From positions 1,088,001 to 1,152,000 of the forward strand of contig OZ243956.1 of assembly GCA_965214405.1 (NCBI GenBank): a stretch of DNA of 64,000 nt, in the 5' to 3' direction. Shown one piece after another: positions 1 through 9,252 of the stretch. The notes under the pieces are model-generated. The model was not told the DNA's origin, did no database searches, and saw only the letters and a list, made by a program, of their open reading frames with translations. The stretch's first letter is position 1. The number at the start of each line of letters is the position of its first letter. This stretch comes from Trueperaceae bacterium. GTDB taxonomy: Bacteria; Deinococcota; Deinococci; Deinococcales; Trueperaceae. The position numbers were made by a program, and so were the translations under genes.

Positions 1-488
1 ATCTTGCTGAGCTTGGTATTACGTTCACTATAGTTTTTGCCGAGCTTGTCCGAATTCAGATTGATCTCGGAGAACAAACCCTGAAAGGTGCTCTCAAAGG
101 ATTCGTTTTCAATGTACTTAAAGCCCTCCTGCAAGGTTTGTAACAACTCATTATTTTGGGTTCTCGCCAGCTCCGCAACGCTGCTCCACAGGTGCTGCGG
201 TTTGATGACGTAATGCACCTTGCGGCGCATCTGCTGTTCAAACTCGCCCACGAAATCGGGATTCTCTTCGTACCACACGGCCAAAGGCGCACGTTTGTCG
301 TTTTCCAACTCTGGATAGTCTGGGCCGAGCTCCTTTTTGGCTGACGCCTCGTAGTTGTCGGACAGGTAACGCAAGAACAAGAATGAGAGCATGTAGTCGC
401 GGAAGTCGTCCGCGTTCATCGCGCCGCGCAGTTGGTCGGCGATGTCCCAGAGGGTTCTGCCCAACTTTTGATGGTTCTGTTCGCTCAT
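1..488 (-). CDS. hsdM: Type I R-M methyltransferase subunit M, N-terminal part (runs off the window edge)
   Basis: Manual translation from ATG at 488 gives MSEQNHQKLGRTLWDIADQLRGAMNADDFRDYMLSFLFLRYLSDNYE, a typical HsdM N-terminus. The start overlaps the prrC stop (ATGA). Confidence 0.92.
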   Translation of the reverse strand, partial: MSEQNHQKLGRTLWDIADQLRGAMNADDFRDYMLSFLFLRYLSDNYEASAKKELGPDYPELENDKRAPLAVWYEENPDFVGEFEQQMRRKVHYVIKPQHLWSSVAELARTQNNELLQTLQEGFKYIENESFESTFQGLFSEINLNSDKLGKNYSERNTKLSK

Positions 489-1582
489 GTTAGCTCCACT
501 TCAGGCTCTGCTAATTCGGGCAGGTCAAAACGGTAACGCTCTAAAAAGGCATCTAAAATACGCTTGAACAGGTCTTTGGTGTCTTCCACCATCTCCATCG
601 GTTCATAAATCGAATACTTGCCGTGACTCAAGAGGTTTAGCGCTCGAGCGTACAAAACTTCATCCTCCAAGCCGTGAATACAGGCGGAAAACTCCTTAAA
701 GCCGAAGAAAATAGCGGTCTTTTCCAAGATACTGCGCAGCATATTGAAGTGATACGTGTAGAGCTGACCCGACTCCGCAGCTTGACACAGTTCGTTCAGC
801 ATGGCGACGTGGTGAAAAAAGGGCGCGTCGTCCGTGGCGCGTAGCGTGTGGTGGTCAGCGCCGCTACGCTTGTGCAAGAAGTATTTCTTATGCTTCGACT
901 TCTTGAGTTCGTTACACACCACGTTAAAAAACAGACCGTGGTGCGTTGAAATCACAGCCTTTATCCCGTTCGTATCTTTGAGCAGCTTCGCCAAGTCACT
1001 AGCGACAGCAATGGCGTTGTTATCGTCGAGCGACGAGATAGGGTCGTCTATGTAGATGTACTCAACCCATTTGTACGCCTCCGCGCCGTCTATGGCTAGC
1101 TGAGCAATGGCAAGGAAAAAGCACCAGATAAAGATGTTCTCTTCGCCCCGCGAAATCTTGATGTTGTCGGCGGTTGCGCCGTTCTCGGTGCTGGAAAAGC
1201 TGATCGCCCATTCCTCGGTGTCGATAAGGAAGTCGAAGTCCGCGTAGCGGCTCAGAAAGGGGCGGATGCGGTTGTCCATCTCCAGCTCTGCGAGCCCCGA
1301 GAAAAAGCGAGACGCCGAGTTGATTCTCAACTTTCTGTTGCTGTCCCCCGCTAAGTCGTTGTCCCAGGTGAAGAGGTCTTCGGTAAAAGCGTTAAAGTAA
1401 AGCGTATCCCGCTCTACATCACCCCTTTTCCCAGCCTCCTTAAACTCCATCGACAGCCGAGTTTTACCCGTACCGTTATGCGCGTAGAGCATGATGAAAT
1501 CCAGGCCCGTCAAGTCGCTACGTAATTTCCTTGACAAGTTCCGCACCGTTTTGTAGGTGTTGACCTTTGGCGTTCCGCTCAT
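485..1582 (-). CDS. prrC: PrrC-type anticodon nuclease (ABC ATPase plus C-terminal HEPN-like RNase)
   Basis: Walker A YAHNGTGKT, PrrC-box-like YFNAFTEDLFTWDND, ABC signature ISRGEE, Walker B/D-loop IDDPISSLD, H-loop STHH, C-terminal RxxNxxSH. Embedded in an hsd locus. Confidence 0.85.
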   Translation of the reverse strand: MSGTPKVNTYKTVRNLSRKLRSDLTGLDFIMLYAHNGTGKTRLSMEFKEAGKRGDVERDTLYFNAFTEDLFTWDNDLAGDSNRKLRINSASRFFSGLAELEMDNRIRPFLSRYADFDFLIDTEEWAISFSSTENGATADNIKISRGEENIFIWCFFLAIAQLAIDGAEAYKWVEYIYIDDPISSLDDNNAIAVASDLAKLLKDTNGIKAVISTHHGLFFNVVCNELKKSKHKKYFLHKRSGADHHTLRATDDAPFFHHVAMLNELCQAAESGQLYTYHFNMLRSILEKTAIFFGFKEFSACIHGLEDEVLYARALNLLSHGKYSIYEPMEMVEDTKDLFKRILDAFLERYRFDLPELAEPEVELT

Positions 1583-1722
1583 CCCTACACACCCTCAGGA
1601 GAAGGGAAAAGCTGCTGCATCAAGCCTTTTTTATGGTTTTTAAGCATGTCAATTTTCTGGTTTTGTACAGCAACTAGGTCGTCAATAGAAGAAAGAAGCT
1701 TTGAGATTTTCTTCTGTTCAGG

Positions 1723-2854
1723 CTCAGTACACGACAGATTTGAAATAAAGGGCTCTCCAGTGAAGAATGGATGTTGCGAGACACCACTTCAAGGGAGAGC
1801 ATATGAAGCATACCGGGTTGCTGGCACAGTTGAAAGCGAGCGGCTTAAAGCTGCACCCGTCACGGCTTAAGTTCTTGAGCTTGTTGATGATCGCGATGGT
1901 GCAGGCAAAGACGGTGAACTTGGCGACGTTGGTAGGCATGATGGAGGGCAGAGCCCAGCCGGACTCGCTTTACAGACGGGCGCAACGGTTTTTCCAAGGC
2001 TTGCACTTGGCCGATGAGACAGTTTTCAGGTACGCGCTGAGTCTAGGTCCCAAGCGAAGCTACAGCCTGTGCCTAGACCGGACGAACTGGAAGTTTGGCA
2101 AACTCGACATCAACATCTTGACCCTGGCTTATGCGCATGAGGGCGTAGCGGTTCCCTTACTGTGGTGTCTTTTGCCCAAGGCTGGCAACTCCGCCACGCA
2201 AGAACGCATTACGCTTTTGGAGCGTTTGCTAAAACTTTTGCCCGTAGACCAGCTAGAGGTGCTGCTAGCCGATAGGGAGTTCATCGGGGGCGACTGGTTC
2301 GCTTATCTTGAGCGTAAGCACATCCCTTTCGTTATCCGCGTGCGTAAAGACGCTCTCGGTGATGGCTGGTTTCATCTGTTCGGCTTTTTCCAGCATCTAC
2401 CTGTGGGTGAGCACAAGGTACTTAAACAGCGCTACACTGTCTTTGGTGTTGAGCTTGGGGTTGCAGGCGCGCGTTTAGAGGGTGGAGAATACATCATCGT
2501 CGTCACCAACCGCAATCCTAAGCAGGCCCTCGCAAGCTACGCGAAGCGCTGGCAGATAGAATGCTTGTTCAAAGCCTTGAAAAGCAGCGGCTTTGACTTT
2601 GAAGCTACGCATCTCAAGCACCTAGAGCGCATTAACACCTTACTTGTCGTTGTGACCCTGGCTTTCTTATGGGCCTTGAAAGTCGGAGCATTTGTTCACC
2701 GTCAGCTCAAACCTGTTCGAATGAAGTCGCACGGGCGCAAGCAGAAGTCTTTATTCCGGGCAGGCTTAGACCATCTCAGGCATCTGCTCACCAACTCGGC
2801 AACCAAAAAGCCTGACCTGGACCGCTGTTTTCGGCTTTTGTCGTGTACTTAGGA
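1723..2854 (+). mobile_element. IS4-family insertion sequence inside hsdS
   Basis: Terminal inverted repeats CTCAGTACACGACA / TGTCGTGTACTTAG; GTTCAGG duplicated at 1716-1722 and 2855-2861. Right boundary uncertain by 2 bp. Confidence 0.85.
1767..2852 (+). CDS. IS4-family DDE transposase (start may be ATG 1803)
   Basis: Motifs LDRTNWKFG, LADREF and YAKRWQIECLFKALKSSGF (YREK); ends LSCT* inside the right IR. Confidence 0.9.
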   Translation: MDVARHHFKGEHMKHTGLLAQLKASGLKLHPSRLKFLSLLMIAMVQAKTVNLATLVGMMEGRAQPDSLYRRAQRFFQGLHLADETVFRYALSLGPKRSYSLCLDRTNWKFGKLDINILTLAYAHEGVAVPLLWCLLPKAGNSATQERITLLERLLKLLPVDQLEVLLADREFIGGDWFAYLERKHIPFVIRVRKDALGDGWFHLFGFFQHLPVGEHKVLKQRYTVFGVELGVAGARLEGGEYIIVVTNRNPKQALASYAKRWQIECLFKALKSSGFDFEATHLKHLERINTLLVVVTLAFLWALKVGAFVHRQLKPVRMKSHGRKQKSLFRAGLDHLRHLLTNSATKKPDLDRCFRLLSCT

Positions 2855-3990
2855 GTTCAGGTATAGAAGGAAGAGGAATTTTAATTCTACTCATCACCCC
2901 ATTCATTAGCTTTGGATTGCCAACATAAGAGACATGTTTTTTAGATACAGAGTTTATAAGTGCAGCAACAAACTCGTTGGCATACCCAGCCTTACTCAAC
3001 AACACACCGCATACATTTGTGCAATAGAATTTTCCGGCTCGATAATTGACCTCTCCTGCATTAGCGCCGTCAGTCGTCCAAGTAATGGCATTCTCATATA
3101 GATATTCAGAGTAAAATCCTGACAAACCATTGCTTTTTGTCTGTGATGAGTAGACAGGGTAAGGCATTGCCTCTGTTTTCTTATCCTGCACCAAACTCAT
3201 AGACAGAACGTTGCCTCGTGTAACCTTGAAGATATCTCCGACTTCTTGCTCTTCCCACTCCCCCGTATCCCGAAACTCGGGAAAGCGCAGTTTGGGGACG
3301 GTTTCGCCTTCGGCTGGGAAGAGGTGTTGCAGCAAGCCTTTTTTGTGGGCTTTGAGAGACTCGAGCTTCCGTCTCTGCACAGTGATAAGTTCATCAAGGG
3401 AAGAAAGGGAATTAGCGATTTTCTGTTGCTCACTAAATGATGGGACAACTAACCTAACATCCCTAAAAAATTCACGCACACTAACGTTGAGCAGTCCGTG
3501 GTTTCTGCCACCCTCTTGAGCTATCTTTGCAATTTCATTGTTAAGCATTCCAGCATCGAAGTATTGCTCAAAAAACGACTCACTGTAACCACGATTAGCT
3601 CTGAAGCAAATGTAAAGAGTTGAAACTACACCTTTTTCATAATTTTTCAGTTGTTTAATTGCCCCCATAGGATAGCCTTTGGAATAGCTTTTATTGTAGG
3701 CAAAATCTCCTTTATGCAAAAGGTAGTATCCAGTAACGTCCTTTGCAGCAATAGACTTATTGAAATAATCTAATTGACTTACCAGACCTTGCTGAGCAGA
3801 GATAGTCAACACATTCTGATTATCTTCGACATTTTTGTTAGTCAGGCGGGTAAATACTTTTTTGAAATCTTCAACCTTCCACTCTCCTTTATCCCGAAAC
3901 TCAGGAAACCTCAACTCAGGCTCGAGCTTTTCTTTGTAGTGCTTCTCCAAAGCGGCACCACCCTTTAAGGTGGAGAAAAGGAGAAGCGAG

Positions 3991-4284
3991 ATGGCAAGGA
4001 TCAGACCCAAACAGTGGAGCAGCGAGGAAAAGACGGCGCTTGTGCTGACGCTCTTGCGAGGCGAGGCCAGTGCTGCGGAACTGTGCAGGCGGCATGGCAT
4101 GAGCGAGAACAGCTTGTACACCTGGCGGGAGCGGTTTTTAGCAGCAGGCCAAGAGGCTTTGACCAATGGAAAAGCGAAGAGAGGAATTGCTTCTAAAGCA
4201 GAGGAAGAGAACCGAGCCCTGAAAGAGGCACTGGCAGAGGCGGTGTTGCGGAACGAGCTGCTCAAAAAAACGCGCCTCGGATGA
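3991..4284 (+). CDS. IS3-family OrfA (HTH)
   Basis: WSSEEK...AAELCRRHGMSENSLYTWRERF helix-turn-helix; ends ELLKK at the A7 slippery site. Confidence 0.85.
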   Translation: MARIRPKQWSSEEKTALVLTLLRGEASAAELCRRHGMSENSLYTWRERFLAAGQEALTNGKAKRGIASKAEEENRALKEALAEAVLRNELLKKTRLG

Positions 4285-5117
4285 GTTATCAGGAGATGGA
4301 GGCACTTCGGGAGGAACTGGGCTTGGGTGTCAATGCTTTTTTGCGGCTCGGCGGTATTGCTAAGAGCAGCTACTACCGACGTAAACGCGGCGGCAAGGCA
4401 AAAACAACTCTGCAAGCGGCGGTCGAGGAAAGGGTAAAACGACTCTGCGACGAACATCCTCGGCTGGGGCACCGGCCCATCCACGCGTTGCTGGCAAAAA
4501 CGCATCCCATCAGCCCGAGCACGGTCTACCGAATCATGAAGCGGCTTGACCTGTGTCAGAAACCTCAGAAAAAGAAAAGGGTGAAAAGCAGCTCTGCTCC
4601 TCTGGAGCTGGACAACCTTGGCCTCACCGTCGGGCTCGACTTTACGCACTGGGGTCAAAAGCCTATCCTCAACGTGCTGGAGTATGAGAGCCGTTACTGC
4701 TTAGCGTCGGTAGTGAGCGAGCGCGAAACCAGCGAAGCCGCCAAAGAAGCTCTTGACCGTGCTCTACAAGAGGCGAAGGGTCTCGGATTGCCTTATAGGA
4801 ATATAGAAGTCAAGAGTGACCACGGGAGCACCTTTACGGCTGAGACCTTTCGCAGCTTCTTACACGACCACCGTTGTCAACACACGCTCTCGGCGGTGGG
4901 TCGTCCTCAAGGGATGGGACGGGTCGAGCGTTTCAACCGCTCGCTCAAAGAACAGGGGCTTCAGCCTGAAGACCTCGAACCCAGCCAAAGTTTGCAGCCC
5001 ACGCTCGACGCCTACCGCAACTACTATAATATTAAGCGTCCCCACCAAGCCCTCGGCTACAAAACCCCACTAGAACTTCTGCAGTCAAAGGGCTATAATT
5101 CAGTACCGCTAATTTGA
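4281..5117 (+). CDS. IS3-family OrfB (integrase core, DDE)
   Basis: GLDFT, KSDHGSTF, GRVERFNRSLK and YNIKRPHQALGYKTP motifs. Confidence 0.9.
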   Translation: MSYQEMEALREELGLGVNAFLRLGGIAKSSYYRRKRGGKAKTTLQAAVEERVKRLCDEHPRLGHRPIHALLAKTHPISPSTVYRIMKRLDLCQKPQKKKRVKSSSAPLELDNLGLTVGLDFTHWGQKPILNVLEYESRYCLASVVSERETSEAAKEALDRALQEAKGLGLPYRNIEVKSDHGSTFTAETFRSFLHDHRCQHTLSAVGRPQGMGRVERFNRSLKEQGLQPEDLEPSQSLQPTLDAYRNYYNIKRPHQALGYKTPLELLQSKGYNSVPLI

Positions 5118-5137
5118 AGCACTACACTTTCACCTCC

Positions 5138-8131
5138 TCACTCATACGCCGCCAACCCCGAAATCTCCCGCCCCTGCGCTTGCCTTTTCAGCAGCGGCAC
5201 CAAATCGTCCATCAACTCGAGTTCTTTGACCCTCCGGGCTTTCCAGCCTAGCTCGAGGGGGGCCAAGAGGTCCGTCAGGCGTTCCCCGTCGAAAATCATG
5301 CGGTCCATGATGCCGTCTACGAATGTTTTTAGGGCGTCGGTCTCTAAACCGTGCTTGTCGGCGACCTCGGCTAACGCGCTGGCTGCTTTTCTCTCTTTGA
5401 ACGCTTCGTAACCGTGTCTAATCTCGCGCTCGTTCAAGCCTCTGCCGACTTCTAAACTGTTGATGTAGGCGATGATGTCGCCCCGCTCATCCATGAGGTT
5501 GGCGCTCGAGCTGAGCAGGTTGATGAGCTCTTCGCGGGTCATCTTCTCTTTGCTCGGCTGGCTCTGGGTGTACTTAGCGATGAGACTCATGATGTAGTCG
5601 TAGTCGATGACTGCCGAGGAGAAGAGGACGAACTCAAAGTCTAGGTCTTGGACTGCGCTCTCCGCGTCGCCTCTGTCTTGCTGAGCTTTGAGGCGCTGGG
5701 CGGTCTCTAAATACATGCCCTTAAAGGCTCGCATCTGGTCTTCGGGTATCAGCACTTCGATTTTTTCGCTGTCTTCTTCGCTCAGGTCGGTGTACTGCTC
5801 GAGGCGCGTCCTGAGGCGCTGCACCTCTTTGAAGCGCTCGATGAACCCGGCGCGTGCGGTGTCGCCTCTAAGGTTGTTCACCTCTTCGGGTCTAAACGGT
5901 AAGCCCTGGTCGTCCATAAAGGTTTTGAGTTTGGCGACGGCGTGGCCCAACTCCTTGATGACCTCTGGCGCTGGGTCTACGAGCCAAATCTCCTTGGGCG
6001 GTTTCTCCGTATCGTTTGAGAAGAGCGTGATGGCGTCGTTGACCGCGTCTTCCTGATGCCGAAAGTCCATCACGTTGCCGTAGGGCTTGGTGTCGTTGAG
6101 TACGCGGTTCGTGCGTGAAAACGCCTGGATTAAGCCGTGGTATTTGAGACTTTTATCCACGTAGAGGGTGTTGAGGTACTTGGAGTCAAACCCCGTGAGG
6201 AGCATGTCCACCACAATCGTAATGTCGATCTTGTTTTCGCGCGGGTAGTCGGCGTTGGTGTACATCTGGTCTTTGATGCGCTGCTGCACGTCCTGATAGT
6301 AGAGGTCGAACTCGCCGACGCTGTGGTTCGTACCGTACTGCGTGTTGTAGTCGGCGATGATGGCTTTGAGCGCTTCTTTTTTCTTGTTGGGCTCTTGCTC
6401 GTTGTCAGCCCTTTCCTGCGGCAGGTCCTCTTGAATCTGCTTAACGTCTCGGTTGCCCTCCGCTGGCGGTGAGAACACGCAGGCAACGTTGAGAGGTCTG
6501 TAGCTTTCGTCTTTTGCTTCGCGCCGCTCTTGGAGTTCCTTGAATAACCTGTGGTACTCAATCGCGTCGTTGATCGAGGAGGTGGCTAAGAGAGCGTTGA
6601 AGCGGCGCGCGTGCGTGGCGGCGTCGTGTTTACTCAGGATCGCCTCGGCGACGGCTTGCCGGGCGAGGGTGTCACCAGGTTTGGGCCTGGCTTCGCCGTC
6701 GGGCTTGAAGTAGTCGATGTGGAAGCGCAGCACGTTGCCGTCTTCGATGGCGTTGGTGATGGTGTAGGCGTGTAGCCTCTGCTGAAAGATGTCTTCGGTG
6801 GTTCTGTACGTGGCTCTTGTCTCGTCGAACTGCTTGTAAGAGGCGTTTTGTTCAAAGATAGGCGTGCCGGTAAACCCGAAGAGCTGGGCCTTGGGAAAGA
6901 AGTTTTTGATGGCTTGGTGGTTGTCACCGAACTGTGAGCGGTGGCATTCGTCAAAGATAAAGACGAAGCGTTTGTCGCGTAGGGGCGCCAAGCGTTCTTT
7001 GTAGGTGGCTTTACCTCTTCGTTTGGTGTTTTTATTGTGGTTGCCATTTTCAGAGAGGGCCAAGCCTAACTTCTGGATGGTGGTGACGATGACCTTGTCG
7101 GCGTAATCGTCTGACAGCAGGCGCTTGACTAAGGCTTGCGTGTTGGTATTTTCCTCTACGCTGCCCTCTTGAAACCTGTTGAACTCCTCGCGTGTTTGCC
7201 GGTCTAAATCCTTACGGTCAACGACGAACAGGCACTTGTCAACCTCTGGATTGTCTTTGAGCAGCGTGGACGCCTTGAACGAGGTCAGAGTTTTACCGCT
7301 GCCGGTGGTGTGCCACACGTAGCCGTTGCCCCGGTTCTGGTAGATGCACTCGACGATGTCTTTGACCGCGTAGATTTGATAGGGGCGCATGACGAGTAGC
7401 TTCTGCTCGCTCACGACGAGCACCATATAGCGGCTAATCATCTCGCTCAGCGTGCATTTGGATAGAAATCTACTGGTGAAATCATCTAAAAGCGTGATTT
7501 TTTTGTTATCTCGGTCGGCAAGTTGGTAGATGGGCAAAAAGCGCTCGTCGGCGTTGAAGCTGAAGTGCTGGGCAGGGTTGTTGGCAAAGTAGAAGGTGTT
7601 GGTGTCGTTGCTGACGATGAAAAGCTGCATAAAACAGAGCAGCGAATGGGTGTAACCGTTGCCGGGGTCGTTCTTGTACGCGACGATCTGCTCCACGGCG
7701 CGGCGCGGATTCACCCCGAGCGTCTTGAGTTCAATCTGCACCACGGGCACGCCGTTGATGAGCAAAATCACGTCATAGCGGTGGTGGCTCGTGTCGGCGT
7801 TCATGCGTAGCTGACTAACGACTTCAAACTCGTTTTTGCACCAGTCCTTGATGTTGACCAGCGTGTACTGCAAAGGTGTGCCGTCTTCGCGCCCAAACGT
7901 GTTGCGTTCGCGCAACGTTTGCGAGGCGGTAAACACGTCGGCGCTGACGATTTCATCGCGCAAACGGGCGAATTCCGCGTCGGTGAGCCTGACCCTATTG
8001 AGCGCCTCAAACTTGTCGCGGAAGTTTTGCTCGAGCGTCGCTCTGTCGCGGATGTCCGGGCGGTAGGTGTACTTGAGGTCTTCGAGCTTGGAAATCAAAG
8101 TTTGTTCGATATTGTTTTCTTTGATGGACAT
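5138..8131 (-). CDS. hsdR: Type I restriction endonuclease subunit R
   Basis: Nuclease motif RYDVILLINGVPVVQIELK, Walker A HTTGSGKT, DECH box, FGFTGTP, MLLTGFD, QAFSRTNR; 997 aa, uninterrupted. Confidence 0.96.
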   Translation of the reverse strand: MSIKENNIEQTLISKLEDLKYTYRPDIRDRATLEQNFRDKFEALNRVRLTDAEFARLRDEIVSADVFTASQTLRERNTFGREDGTPLQYTLVNIKDWCKNEFEVVSQLRMNADTSHHRYDVILLINGVPVVQIELKTLGVNPRRAVEQIVAYKNDPGNGYTHSLLCFMQLFIVSNDTNTFYFANNPAQHFSFNADERFLPIYQLADRDNKKITLLDDFTSRFLSKCTLSEMISRYMVLVVSEQKLLVMRPYQIYAVKDIVECIYQNRGNGYVWHTTGSGKTLTSFKASTLLKDNPEVDKCLFVVDRKDLDRQTREEFNRFQEGSVEENTNTQALVKRLLSDDYADKVIVTTIQKLGLALSENGNHNKNTKRRGKATYKERLAPLRDKRFVFIFDECHRSQFGDNHQAIKNFFPKAQLFGFTGTPIFEQNASYKQFDETRATYRTTEDIFQQRLHAYTITNAIEDGNVLRFHIDYFKPDGEARPKPGDTLARQAVAEAILSKHDAATHARRFNALLATSSINDAIEYHRLFKELQERREAKDESYRPLNVACVFSPPAEGNRDVKQIQEDLPQERADNEQEPNKKKEALKAIIADYNTQYGTNHSVGEFDLYYQDVQQRIKDQMYTNADYPRENKIDITIVVDMLLTGFDSKYLNTLYVDKSLKYHGLIQAFSRTNRVLNDTKPYGNVMDFRHQEDAVNDAITLFSNDTEKPPKEIWLVDPAPEVIKELGHAVAKLKTFMDDQGLPFRPEEVNNLRGDTARAGFIERFKEVQRLRTRLEQYTDLSEEDSEKIEVLIPEDQMRAFKGMYLETAQRLKAQQDRGDAESAVQDLDFEFVLFSSAVIDYDYIMSLIAKYTQSQPSKEKMTREELINLLSSSANLMDERGDIIAYINSLEVGRGLNEREIRHGYEAFKERKAASALAEVADKHGLETDALKTFVDGIMDRMIFDGERLTDLLAPLELGWKARRVKELELMDDLVPLLKRQAQGREISGLAAYE

Positions 8132-8686
8132 CAGAATTTCAGCCTAACTAGCGAGAGCCTTTTTGGAATCTTGGGTGCGCGAGCAACGCTTACACCACCT
8201 CGAATTCCGTCGCGGTGAACGTGTCAAGGCTGTCATCAAGATTACGAGGTGCTTGGCGGCTTTCTGCCGCGCACCACGACGCAGAGTCCTGGGGCCTGCG
8301 ACACCATGTCGCCCGCCGCGTCAGCGAAGTCGATCCCGGCGTCGGGCAGTGGTTCGGCGAGCGCGTCGAGTAGGCCGTAACCCGTAGAGGCCGCGCCCCC
8401 TCGAGTCGCCCCGCGCGCTGCACCTGCGCGGTAACAGCCTCGAGCGCCGCGCGTCACACCTTGTTTTGAGTGGCCTATACATCCGGTAAAGTCGCAAGGT
8501 GGTTGATAACCTCGTTGAGCAGTGCGCTCCTTTGCAAGAATCATATTGTTCCAACTCTAGCACGTGTTCTACAGTTTGGAACATGTGGATCTTTCTCGAC
8601 GAGCTCATGATGTCCGAGGTGTCTGGTGGTGGCATTACAAGCGGCAGTATGGAGGACGAGGCGGACTTACTCGGCATTACCCAATG

Positions 8687-8712
8687 AAAAAAGCCGCTGT
8701 GGAGCGGCTTTC
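8687..8712 (-). terminator. Intrinsic terminator just 3' of the tRNA-Arg fragment
   Basis: Minus strand AAAGCCGCT-CCAC-AGCGGCTTTTTT directly after the CCA end. Confidence 0.75.
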
Positions 8713-8715
8713 TAG

Positions 8716-8760
8716 TGGTGCGCCCGAGAAGATTCGAACTCCTGGCCTTCTGATCCGTAG
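8716..8760 (-). repeat. att core copy 1: 3' half of tRNA-Arg(ACG)
   Basis: Minus strand CTACGGATCAGAAGGCCAGGAGTTCGAATCTTCTCGGGCGCACCA covers anticodon loop, T-arm and CCA; no 5' half follows. Confidence 0.88.
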
Positions 8761-8960
8761 TTCTTTTTAACTTTCGCAAAGTCTTTCGAAGTTATAGAGA
8801 AATTAGCTCCTGCACGGTTTTACTAAGAGCACCCCTATCAAAGTCGTGTGCAGTCTGCTCAAGTCTTAGTAGGGAAATAGTAGGGAAAAAGTTGACGCTC
8901 CGGTGTCTAACCATGCAAGCTCCACCGCGTTTGAAGCTGACATTGCTGAAGGATTCGCAT

Positions 8961-9004
8961 GAACAAGTCCTCGGTAGCTACAAATACTTACCGAGGATTT
9001 GTTC
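8961..9004. promoter_or_regulatory. 16-bp inverted repeat, putative AbiE-type autoregulatory operator
   Basis: GAACAAGTCCTCGGTA-N12-TACCGAGGATTTGTTC (1 mismatch), ending 9 bp before ATG 9014. Confidence 0.55.
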
Positions 9005-9013
9005 TGGCTGTCT

Positions 9014-9240
9014 ATGACCCAAACAGATAAGCTCGAGCACCTCCTCGAAGTCCAGTGAGGAGGTATCACTTGTAACGACGTGATCGAAGAAAATGTCGAC
9101 CCAAGGCACTCAGCGCGTGGGTGGAAGTGGGCAAGCTCAAGCAAGTTCAGCGCGGCGTATACCGGTCGCTAAATTGGTTAAGGCGAGGCTACCGAATCTC
9201 GCCCTTACTAAGTGCCAGTATTTCGCTTCGTTTTTCCAGT
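9014..9240 (+). pseudogene. Remnant of a type IV TA AbiEi-like antitoxin (winged-helix N-terminus)
   Basis: Reads MTQTDKLEHLLEVQ*GGITCNDVIEENVDPRH then, after a frameshift, WVEVGKLKQVQRGVYRS. GxLxxVxRGVY is characteristic of AbiEi N-domains. No toxin gene follows. Confidence 0.6.
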
Positions 9241-9252
9241 GAGATGACCCTG

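Larger units (their letters stand above)
3935..5126 (+). mobile_element. IS3-family insertion sequence at codon 7 of hsdS
   Basis: IRs TGTAGTGCTTCTCCAAAGCGGCAC and TGTAGTGCTTCAAATTAGCGGTAC (reverse complement of right end); 3-bp CTT duplication at 3932-3934 and 5127-5129; two-ORF layout with an A7 run at 4264-4270. Confidence 0.88.
1585..5145 (-). pseudogene. hsdS: Type I R-M specificity subunit S, interrupted by two IS elements
   Basis: Pieces 5145-5127, 3934-2855 and 1722-1585 rejoin in frame once each IS and one target duplication are removed: MSEEVKEKLEPELRFPEFRD...IPLPSIPEQKKISKLLSSIDDLV...KKGLMQQLFPSPEGV*. Two LRFPEFRDxGEW repeats and two TRDs. Confidence 0.9.

Noticed and set aside
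2766..4658. 630-aa ORF as a single genuine gene
   Set aside because: Chimera of IS3 antisense sequence, the hsdS middle and IS4 antisense sequence.
8190..8690. Small ORFs between hsdR and the att site
   Set aside because: Short, overlapping, with no recognisable motif or convincing RBS; possibly remnants but unsupported.
8716..8760. Functional tRNA genes here and at 21118-21162
   Set aside because: Only the 3' halves are present; the D-arm and 5' acceptor strand are missing.
8890..9250. Retron-like or other structured ncRNA (several hairpins, sequestered GAGGAGGT)
   Set aside because: No reverse transcriptase nearby; better explained as an AbiEi remnant plus operator.
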